Assembly: GCA_016700015.1 (NCBI GenBank)
Contig: CP064995.1
Coordinates: 960,001-992,000, forward strand
DNA from: Candidatus Saccharimonadota bacterium
GTDB taxonomy: Bacteria > Patescibacteriota > Saccharimonadia > Saccharimonadales > Saccharimonadaceae
Reading direction: 5' to 3'
DNA: 32,000 nucleotides
Part shown: one piece after another, positions 25,868 through 32,000 of the stretch
How positions within the stretch are numbered: position 1 is the first letter of the stretch
Layout of the letters: every line of letters starts with the position of its first letter
Notes under the pieces: generated by a model
The model's input: only the letters and a program-made list of their open reading frames with translations
What the model was told of the DNA's origin: nothing
The model's database searches: none
Made by a program: the position numbers and the translations under genes

Positions 25868-26762
25868 TTTCAATCTCCTTTTTGAGCTCGTCTTTATGCT
25901 CTTCGAGCTGCGCGGTTAGGTAGGGAAGTTGGGCGCCCAGGTCGACATTGTGGCGCAGGGTTTCGGTCAGGAAAGCCGCCATCATATCACCGAGTTTCGC
26001 ATCGAGTTGGCTAGCGAGGGTATGGCGCCGTGCCTCCATTTCTTGGGTAAGCTTGTCTTCCATAGCGGCAAGGTGCGCAGCATGCTGTTTTTGGCGCTCC
26101 AAAAACTCGGCGTTTAAATCAGCCTGGTGTTGTGCTAGTACGGTTTCGCGCTGCTTGAGCGCGGCCTCAAGCTCTGTCTGGCGCTGAGCCAGCTGGGCTT
26201 CGGTTTCGGCCTGCTTGGCGGCGTAGTCGGCCTGCTTTTTTTGGAATTGTTCTTCAATCTCGCTATTGCGCGCAGCAAGTTTGGCCTGTAGTTCGGCTTC
26301 GTAGGCGCGGAGCTTGCTGTCCATTTCTTCCTGGCGAGCAGCAAATTTCTCGCGCATCTCGGTCTGGTGCTCAGCCAGCAGTGCTTGGGCGTTGGTAATA
26401 CTAGTGGCCGTGCCTTCACGCAGTTCGTCGAGGCCTTCACGGTAAAGACGCAGCTCGTCACTCATGATACCATCGCCCAGTTTGTCGAGCTCACGGCTTA
26501 ATTTTTCAGTTGTTGACTCAAGATTTTTCTGTAGCTCTTCGGCGTTCTTGCGCAGGATCTTCTGGTAATCTTCTTCGGCTTCGTCTAGAATCCGGCGCCG
26601 TGAATCGAGCGGCAGTATGGGCATGGCCTGCGGCGCAGTGGGTGAGGGCGCATCGGACTTAAAGTGCGCCCGTGCATGAGTAAAAGCGATCGTCGCTATA
26701 ACACCTACTACAAATACGTTGATGAGCAGGAAGACGGTTAGCAGTATATCCCCACCAAACAT
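25857..26762 (-). CDS. atpF: ATP synthase b-like peripheral-stalk subunit, unusually long (301 aa)
   Basis: Single N-terminal TM (ILLTVFLLINVFVVGVIATIAFT) followed by ~260 aa of Ala/Glu/Gln/Lys/Arg-rich helix. Sits immediately upstream of atpH. Confidence 0.65.
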   Translation of the reverse strand: MFGGDILLTVFLLINVFVVGVIATIAFTHARAHFKSDAPSPTAPQAMPILPLDSRRRILDEAEEDYQKILRKNAEELQKNLESTTEKLSRELDKLGDGIMSDELRLYREGLDELREGTATSITNAQALLAEHQTEMREKFAARQEEMDSKLRAYEAELQAKLAARNSEIEEQFQKKQADYAAKQAETEAQLAQRQTELEAALKQRETVLAQHQADLNAEFLERQKQHAAHLAAMEDKLTQEMEARRHTLASQLDAKLGDMMAAFLTETLRHNVDLGAQLPYLTAQLEEHKDELKKEIENGV

Positions 26763-26766
26763 CGCG

Positions 26767-27600
26767 CTACAGTCTCGTCAATACAATATAAATTGCTATC
26801 ACCGATACCCCGATTACTGCCATTACGACCACTGACAGCTGAATAAGGTTGCGATATACAGCCGATTGCGCCATTGGGTTACGGCCGATGCTAATGATGC
26901 TACTGCGGATCATACTGTATATGATGCTCGTAACGGTAATAAGCATGATGATAAAAACAGCACTACTAATGATAATGGGCAGGGAATCGACTTTTTTGCC
27001 AGCCACAGTATTCGCCAGGTTTTGCAGTGTGGCCGGGATGATAGTTTTGTCGGGCTGTTTGTAGTGATAGCTCACACTCACCAGCACCGGTACTTGCCCG
27101 ACAGATATTTCTTGCTCGGCACTGTCGACAGTCACTTTTTGCTTCGACACGCCGCTCAGTGTGCCCTGCGCGATGCCGACTACTTTGGCATTGTAGGTGG
27201 CTTTCATGCCGACGCCTTTTACCGCTGACGCCGTAATAGGATCACCCTGTTTAATTTCGCCATTAATATCGCTTGCCAGCACTGGCACAACGCCGCTGGT
27301 TGCTACCTGCACCTGGTTTTTGCTACCAGTGTTGAGGGTAAGCGGTGAGGTTCCGTCGTTTACCACCACTCCGACAATACTTTCGCTGTTGTTTGTGTCG
27401 GATAGCACTACGTGGTCGGTGGTATTTTGAGTGAGGCTAACGATGGAGCCAATCGACGTGGTTTCGTCGGCCGAATAGCCCTGAGAAATTGCAGTAATCG
27501 CTTGAGCAACATAGGGAAGGGACATGACAAAGCCTGCGGCAGCGATTGCAGCCACAGACACACGAAATACACTAGAGGCGCGTAGCCGGTTGGTGGTCAT
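26767..27600 (-). CDS. secreted-domain protein with a C-terminal c-subunit-like two-helix hairpin, first gene of the atp operon
   Basis: The ATG at 27600 gives the signal peptide MTTNRLRASSVFRVSVAAIAAAGFVMSLPYVAQA. A ~170-aa ectodomain follows, then LPIIISSAVFIIMLITVTSIIYSMIRSSIISIGRNPMAQSAVYRNLIQLSVVVMAVIGVSVIAIYIVLTRL. The stop is 4 nt before the atpF ATG. AGAGGGGA SD upstream, and TATACT at 27628-27633 (minus) as a possible -10. Confidence 0.75.
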   Translation of the reverse strand: MTTNRLRASSVFRVSVAAIAAAGFVMSLPYVAQAITAISQGYSADETTSIGSIVSLTQNTTDHVVLSDTNNSESIVGVVVNDGTSPLTLNTGSKNQVQVATSGVVPVLASDINGEIKQGDPITASAVKGVGMKATYNAKVVGIAQGTLSGVSKQKVTVDSAEQEISVGQVPVLVSVSYHYKQPDKTIIPATLQNLANTVAGKKVDSLPIIISSAVFIIMLITVTSIIYSMIRSSIISIGRNPMAQSAVYRNLIQLSVVVMAVIGVSVIAIYIVLTRL

Positions 27601-27665
27601 GTCGTTCTTGTCCCCTCTATGCACACTAGTATAGCGAAAAAGCATGAGTATTACTACTGCTAGCA

Positions 27666-27674
27666 TGCTACAAT
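27666..27674 (+). promoter_or_regulatory. candidate extended -10 (TGCTACAAT) 10 nt upstream of the mini-pilin ATG
   Basis: Plus strand reads CATGCTACAATTTACTCTAGAATG. No SD, so the leader would be very short or absent. Confidence 0.35.
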
Positions 27675-27684
27675 TTACTCTAGA

Positions 27685-27783
27685 ATGAAGCGTCAAGCAG
27701 GATTTACAGTACTGGAGCTGATTGTGGTGGTCGTCGCGATCATCATACTACTGGTCATCGCCTACCTCGCGGCGCGCCAATAG
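27685..27783 (+). CDS. 32-aa peptide consisting only of a type IV prepilin-type leader plus hydrophobic alpha-1N helix
   Basis: I translated this myself; it is below the ORF-track cutoff. MKRQAGFTVLELIVVVVAIIILLVIAYLAARQ*. It matches the prepilin cleavage/methylation motif (K/R)xxG|FT(L/V)(I/L)EL with Glu at +5. TAG at 27781-27783, 8 nt before the next ATG. Confidence 0.5.
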   Translation: MKRQAGFTVLELIVVVVAIIILLVIAYLAARQ

Positions 27784-27791
27784 GAAGGCGA

Positions 27792-28415
27792 ATGCTTTCG
27801 ATTACCAATAGCATACTCACAAAGTATCCGATTATTTCTAACCAGGTAGACAAGCATGAACTGGTAGTATTGCTTGGTGAGCTTGAGCGTCTTTTACAAA
27901 GTGGCACGCAGGGAAACGTTGTGGAGTTCGGTTGTTACGCCGGCACCACGTCACTGTTCATTCGTCGGCTGCTCGACGCCTACAAAAGCACGGCTGAATT
28001 TCATGTCTATGATTCGTTTGCGGGTCTCCCCGAAAAATCAGCTGAGGACAGCAGCGCCGTGGGGGATTGGTTCCGCCCGGGCGAGCTGCTGGCGACAAAG
28101 AAAGACTTCATACTCAATTTTAAAAAGGCAGGTCTTGTGCTGCCGGTTATGCATAAAGGCTGGTTTACAGAGGTGAGTGCTGGCAGCATCCCGCCAAATA
28201 TTATGTTTGCATTTTTAGACGGCGATTACTATCGGTCAGTCAAAGACTCGCTACGGCTGATTACGCCCAATCTTGCTCCGGGTGCTGTGATTGTCGTCGA
28301 TGACTATGCAAATGAAGCCTTGCCCGGTGCAGCCAAAGCAGTGGGTGAGTGGGGCAATACCCATCCACATAGATTGCAAGTTATACGTAGCCTTGCGATA
28401 ATCAGGATGGAATGA
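27792..28415 (+). CDS. class I SAM-dependent methyltransferase, TylF/macrocin-O-methyltransferase-like
   Basis: Motif I VVEFGCYAGTTS, VYDSFAGLPE, FLDGDYYRSVKDSL and VIVVDDY match the TylF-family pattern (E.G...G, DSF.G.P, D.DlYeSt, DDY). Confidence 0.75.
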   Translation: MLSITNSILTKYPIISNQVDKHELVVLLGELERLLQSGTQGNVVEFGCYAGTTSLFIRRLLDAYKSTAEFHVYDSFAGLPEKSAEDSSAVGDWFRPGELLATKKDFILNFKKAGLVLPVMHKGWFTEVSAGSIPPNIMFAFLDGDYYRSVKDSLRLITPNLAPGAVIVVDDYANEALPGAAKAVGEWGNTHPHRLQVIRSLAIIRME

Positions 28416-28813
28416 ATACCATAAACAGCACGCTTCGCTTACGGCAATTCTTGGCAGTTAAAGAAGTCATCATGATGACACTTGTGGTGGCAAACCTTTT
28501 GCTTCTCGCCTATGAGCACTTTTTTGAGCCACCCTACAGCCAGATGGTCGCAATCGAGGCATTCGATGTCGCTACGGCTATCGTTTTCCTGGCAGAATTT
28601 ATTTTTGAATGGCACTGGGCTAAGGATCGTGCCTTGTATCTGCGTCACCACTGGTTTTATTTGCTAGCAGCGGTGCCGGTACCAAGCACGACCTTCGAAC
28701 TACTACGTGGTATTCGCGCTTTGCGCCTGTTAAAATTACTCAAGATTTTTGCGCATATGCGCTACGAGCGGAACACGCGATTGTTTGAAGCAGCCCGTCA
28801 GGCAGGCAAGTAA
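28412..28813 (+). CDS. stand-alone voltage-sensor-domain-like membrane protein (S1-S4, no pore)
   Basis: ATGA overlap with the methyltransferase. Four hydrophobic segments. The S4-like segment LRGIRALRLLKLLKIF has R/K at every third position (five charges). The S2-like segment ...AIVFLAEFIFEW contains FxxE. The protein ends 15 aa after S4. Confidence 0.65.
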   Translation: MNTINSTLRLRQFLAVKEVIMMTLVVANLLLLAYEHFFEPPYSQMVAIEAFDVATAIVFLAEFIFEWHWAKDRALYLRHHWFYLLAAVPVPSTTFELLRGIRALRLLKLLKIFAHMRYERNTRLFEAARQAGK

Positions 28814-29071
28814 ATGCCAGGCTTCAATCACTATGCCAAACTTGCCCGTATGCTTGCTGATCAGCCACCTGGCTGGTATATTCGGCGGATCGATGAGCCG
28901 ACGCAGGCGCAGAATTTTAAAGGTGAAACGGTAGAGTATGACTACTACTACCGGCTCTATTCCCATGATGATCGATCGATAAAATACGGTAAGTTTCAGC
29001 AGCTGGAACGGCTAGCTGGGGTGCTTGGCGTGGATCCACTTGATCTACCAGTACTCGGCGGCGAAGCATGA
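28814..29071 (+). CDS. hypothetical soluble 85-aa protein
   Basis: The ATG directly abuts the preceding TAA (TAAATG). No family recognised. The C-terminal LERLAGVLGVDPLDL is faintly reminiscent of the end of an XRE-type HTH. Confidence 0.45.
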   Translation: MPGFNHYAKLARMLADQPPGWYIRRIDEPTQAQNFKGETVEYDYYYRLYSHDDRSIKYGKFQQLERLAGVLGVDPLDLPVLGGEA

Positions 29072-29153
29072 GATTTGTTCGAGGGCATCTCTCCGCGCTG
29101 CGTGGCGTAAAATTTATTTATCCTGTACAATAAACATAGCAAAGGAAGGACGC

Positions 29154-29681
29154 ATGCCGCTTAATAGATTATCGCTACAACGACAGGCGGAGATAACAGA
29201 TTTAGTCAACGCCCTCACTCTCCATGCTGGGATGGCATACCCAGAAGCACCGCTCAAGAAGCTTATACAAGATACTATTCCTGATGTTCTCATCAGGGAG
29301 GACGACTTCGACGGGAATAGTCATGTTAAAGGTGCAGTTTTTAGGAAAAGCAAAACGTTCCCTCGCTCGATCATCGCTATTCAGTCCAACCAGACAAAGC
29401 GTTCCAAAACTTTTAGTTTGGCGCACGAATTTGGGCATTATGTACTAAAGCACAACCCTTCACGCAACTACTATATTGACGATATGCCATTTGATGGGAC
29501 GAAGCATATGCAAGACGAAGCCGAGGCAAACTTTTTTGCGCAAACGCTACTTATGCCTCGAGATGTATTTATGAAAGTCGACAAACCGTTTGTAAGTGAT
29601 CAGAGTATAGCAGACTTTTTCGGAGTCTCGGAATCGGTAGTTCGGGTGAGGAGAGAGTGGCTGAAAAGGAATGGCTACTAG
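29154..29681 (+). CDS. ImmA/IrrE-family (M78) zinc metallopeptidase
   Basis: HEXXH in SLAHEFGHYVLKH, and a downstream EAEANFFAQTLLMP, typical of the ImmA/IrrE family. The ATG at 29154 is preceded by AAAGGAAGGA. The track start at 29025 is a TTG that overlaps the previous gene. Confidence 0.75.
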   Translation: MPLNRLSLQRQAEITDLVNALTLHAGMAYPEAPLKKLIQDTIPDVLIREDDFDGNSHVKGAVFRKSKTFPRSIIAIQSNQTKRSKTFSLAHEFGHYVLKHNPSRNYYIDDMPFDGTKHMQDEAEANFFAQTLLMPRDVFMKVDKPFVSDQSIADFFGVSESVVRVRREWLKRNGY

Positions 29682-30162
29682 GGCCTCTGGGGCTACCCAT
29701 AAAAAAGCGTCTGAGCGCAAACAAGCTACAGGTCACGTCACGCAACCAGCTGAGGTAAGCTCGCGGGGCATTGAATATTTTAAGTATTTGTCTGATGGTG
29801 GCGGCAGAGAAGCGCAAACTAAGCAGCCTGAGCCCGGTCTTGATAAAAAGGTTGAAGAGATTTTTGACCAAGCAAAAGCGCACCGCAGCAGTCTGCTATG
29901 GTTCTATATTTGGTACACGGTGGTATTTTCCCTAGTCGTTATCGGACTTATTTTTATGCAAGCATACGCGCGCGTAACTATTCCAGGCTTTGAAACGATC
30001 GAGCTCGTACCACAGTGGGCGATGTATTTGCTGGTGGTAGGCATGTTTGGACAGTTCATTAGTTTGCTGATGATTATTACGCGTAAAGTATGGACGTTTG
30101 AGCCTTTCTTTAAGCATCATAATGACTCGCTTCGTACCGATTTCCATGACGAACAGGGCTAA
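29671..30162 (+). CDS. hypothetical 2-TM membrane protein, overlapping the end of the ImmA gene by 11 nt
   Basis: About 80-aa charged N-terminus, then the TMs LLWFYIWYTVVFSLVVIGLIFM and WAMYLLVVGMFGQFISLLMII. No family recognised. Confidence 0.55.
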   Translation: MATRASGATHKKASERKQATGHVTQPAEVSSRGIEYFKYLSDGGGREAQTKQPEPGLDKKVEEIFDQAKAHRSSLLWFYIWYTVVFSLVVIGLIFMQAYARVTIPGFETIELVPQWAMYLLVVGMFGQFISLLMIITRKVWTFEPFFKHHNDSLRTDFHDEQG

Positions 30163-30197
30163 AGGTGATTTGCTAATCAGACATTGCGTTAGTCCTA

Positions 30198-30226
30198 TTG
30201 ACAATTCATAGTACCTTGTATAACAT
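30198..30226 (+). promoter_or_regulatory. candidate promoter for the PadR-PspC pair
   Basis: TTGACA (30198-30203)-17 nt-TAACAT (30221-30226). Alternative -10s are TATGAT (30234-30239) and CATAAT (30241-30246). GGAGAA SD before the ATG at 30267. Confidence 0.3.
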
Positions 30227-30266
30227 AGAACCATATGATACATAATACCCATGGAGAACGCTGCCT

Positions 30267-30599
30267 ATGAAAGATAGCTCGAACTATGCTGAAGGCTTAG
30301 CTACCCAGCTGCGCAAAGGCTTTCTTGCCTACTGTGTGCTGCGGGTCTGTTCGCATCAGGCTAAATATACGAGTGACATCATCAAAGAACTTCACGCTGC
30401 CGAGCTGGTGGTTGTCGAAGGCACGATCTACCCGCTGCTCAGTCGTCTACAAAAAGATGGCTTACTGACACATGAATGGCAGGAGAGCGAGCAGGGGCCG
30501 CCGCGCAAGTACTACCGCATCACTGACTTTGGGCACGAAGTGATGGCATATATGAACAGAGACATTCAGGCACTTAATACGACACTAAAGAAACTATAA
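30267..30599 (+). CDS. PadR-family transcriptional regulator
   Basis: A typical PadR winged helix: LRKGFLAYCVLRV...YTSDIIKEL...VVVEGTIYPLLSRLQKDGLLTHEWQESEQGPPRKYYRITDFG. Confidence 0.85.
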   Translation: MKDSSNYAEGLATQLRKGFLAYCVLRVCSHQAKYTSDIIKELHAAELVVVEGTIYPLLSRLQKDGLLTHEWQESEQGPPRKYYRITDFGHEVMAYMNRDIQALNTTLKKL

Positions 30600-30608
30600 G
30601 GAAACACT

Positions 30609-32000
30609 ATGAAAGAAGTTACCCGCATATCACTCGCTCAACTTCCCTACAACATCGAAGTTGGCGCCAAAAAGGAATTGGAAAAATATTTGCATGCTGT
30701 TGAAACCTCGCTCGGTGCCGACACTGACGCAATGCGCGAGATCGAATCACGCATTGTCGAAATACTGGCCGATCACGGCACCAGTGGTGAGCGTGTCATT
30801 ACACTCGAAAATGTCGACACGGTGAAGAAGCAGCTGGGTGATCCAAAAGAATTCATCAGTGACGAAGTGGTGGGCGAACTAACAAAGCAAACAGCAACCG
30901 GAAAGCGGCTGATGCGCGACACGCACCACGCTCTGCTAGGCGGCGTGTGTGCCGGGCTCGGCGCCTACTTTCGCATTGATACCGTGCTGGTGCGACTCAT
31001 CTTCATCGTGCTTGTTATTGTGACGAGCGGCGCGGCACTACTTGCCTATTTGATTTCCTGGATTGTTATACCGCCGGCTCGCAGCGCTGCCGAGCGACTA
31101 CAAATGGCTGGTAAACCAGTCACGCTCGAAGCGCTTCAAGAAGAAAGCATTGTTGTATCGGCCGACAAAGCCGACAGTCGGATTGTGCTCACTATGCTAC
31201 GCATTATGGCTGGCATCGCAAGTATCGTGCTAGGGCTTTCGGCACTCATGGGCATGATGGTAGGCGGGTGGCGTGTGTGGGGAATGACAGACCGCTTGAG
31301 CGAGTATGGTTATTGGTTACCGCTCGGGGCGTTTGTGATCGCAGGAATACTGTTTGTTGTGTTGTGTGGTATTACTGCCCACGCACTGTTTACCGCGAAA
31401 CTCACGAAGAAAACGATGATCACCGGCTCGGTTATCATCGCACTTGGGCTGGTAGGTGCTGTTATAGGCGGTGGTGGGTTCGCGCTGCTAGCAGATCGAG
31501 ACGGCGCTCGTCTAACGGTAAACTCACACACCAAGCAAGTCGCGGTCAGCGAGGACCTGATGGGCACTACGTCGCTTGTTGTCGATGCGCGCTCAGGTAT
31601 GGAGGTTCAGTACACAGTAACCGCCGAAAAGCCGCACGCCGAGCTTCGTTACAGCACCCTATTCGAAACCACTGAACCATCAGTGAGATTGACGGCAAGT
31701 GGCAGCTCTACCGAAATTATTGTTGAGGGTCAGCAATGCCAGGGTATGGCAATGGGGTGTAGTTTGCCGGCGACACTCGTTGTTTATGGTCCTGCACTAA
31801 GCCAAGTTGAGGTGAAAAATGGCGGTTTGCTATATACAATGCATGAAGCTCAGGCCTCGCTGTCGGTGGTACTACGCCAGACAGCAGCATTCGATCTCGT
31901 CGGCGACAGTCAGCTCGCACGTCTGACTATCGATGCTCAGGAAGGGGCAGTGCTCAATGCTTCCAATGCCAATGTCCGTAGCGTTACGGCAAACCTACTC
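30609..32000 (+). CDS. PspC-domain membrane protein with a long C-terminal beta-rich domain (3' end outside the window)
   Basis: I translated this myself; the frame is open from the ATG at 30609 to position 32000 (464 codons, no stop), so it is absent from the track. N-terminus MKEVTRISLAQLPYNIEVGAKKELEKYL... PspC domain KRLMRDTHHALLGGVCAGLGAYFRIDTVLVRLIFIVLVIVTSGAALLAYLISWIVIP. Further TMs follow, then a Thr/Val/Ser-rich domain. AAGGAAAC SD upstream. Confidence 0.8.
   Translation, partial: MKEVTRISLAQLPYNIEVGAKKELEKYLHAVETSLGADTDAMREIESRIVEILADHGTSGERVITLENVDTVKKQLGDPKEFISDEVVGELTKQTATGKRLMRDTHHALLGGVCAGLGAYFRIDTVLVRLIFIVLVIVTSGAALLAYLISWIVIPPARSAAERLQMAGKPVTLEALQEESIVVSADKADSRIVLTMLRIMAGIASIVLGLSALMGMMVGGWRVWGMTDRLSEYGYWLPLGAFVIAGILFVVLCGITAHALFTAKLTKKTMITGSVIIALGLVGAVIGGGGFALLADRDGARLTVNSHTKQVAVSEDLMGTTSLVVDARSGMEVQYTVTAEKPHAELRYSTLFETTEPSVRLTASGSSTEIIVEGQQCQGMAMGCSLPATLVVYGPALSQVEVKNGGLLYTMHEAQASLSVVLRQTAAFDLVGDSQLARLTIDAQEGAVLNASNANVRSVTANLL

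Noticed and set aside
27661-27670. Perfect 10-bp palindrome TAGCATGCTA in the divergent region between the atp operon and the mini-pilin operon
   Set aside because: It is too short to call an operator without a second copy or a known regulator. It also overlaps the candidate extended -10, so it may be coincidental.
29025-30162. Reading the ImmA-containing region as a prophage, ICE remnant or other mobile element
   Set aside because: I could find no integrase, recombinase, terminal repeats, tRNA attachment site or phage structural genes in the window.
31268-31675. 135-aa Arg/Cys-rich plus-strand ORF
   Set aside because: It is out of frame within the PspC-domain gene. That gene's frame (ATG 30609) stays open to the window edge and has clear domain content. 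The 135-aa translation has a non-protein-like composition.

Overview
This is a 32-kb, densely coding window of roughly 50% GC by eye. I recognised no rRNA, tRNA, CRISPR array, transposase or integrase. All homology calls are by-eye motif recognition on the supplied translations plus my own reading of both strands; nothing was searched. Layout: (i) 1-3.2 kb holds a partial small membrane ORF, prs, and three small single-pass membrane proteins. (ii) 2.5-20.2 kb is a 17.7-kb co-directional minus-strand array devoted to cell-surface proteins. It contains three paralogous secreted proteins (one small, two large) that look like distant WxL-domain proteins, a DUF916/DUF3324-like anchored protein, and an Ig/PKD protein anchored at both ends. 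It also contains a 1614-aa adhesin-like giant with two CBM-like modules, a 2174-aa giant built from about 18 Kelch blades plus two ALK/LTK-type glycine-rich domains, and a translationally coupled 225-aa membrane protein. (iii) 20.3-21.3 kb is a divergently transcribed anchored beta-helix/H-lectin-like protein. (iv) 21.3-27.6 kb is a divergent F-type ATP synthase operon (atpF-H-A-G-D-C) with no a or c subunit gene, a double-length b and an 86-aa epsilon. The slot where atpE normally sits holds a secreted-domain protein that ends in a c-subunit-like hairpin with no membrane carboxylate. (v) 27.7-30.2 kb is a plus-strand operon: a 32-aa peptide consisting only of a prepilin leader and helix, a TylF-like methyltransferase, a stand-alone 4-TM voltage-sensor-like protein, an 85-aa ORF, an ImmA/IrrE metallopeptidase and a 2-TM protein. 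(vi) 30.3-32.0 kb holds a PadR regulator and a PspC-domain membrane protein that runs off the right edge. The overall content suggests a monoderm organism, possibly Patescibacteria/CPR (Saccharibacteria-like), but this is inference only. TTATGGTAnnnT-type extended -10 elements recur, and three sit exactly 6 nt from an ATG, which suggests leaderless mRNAs.
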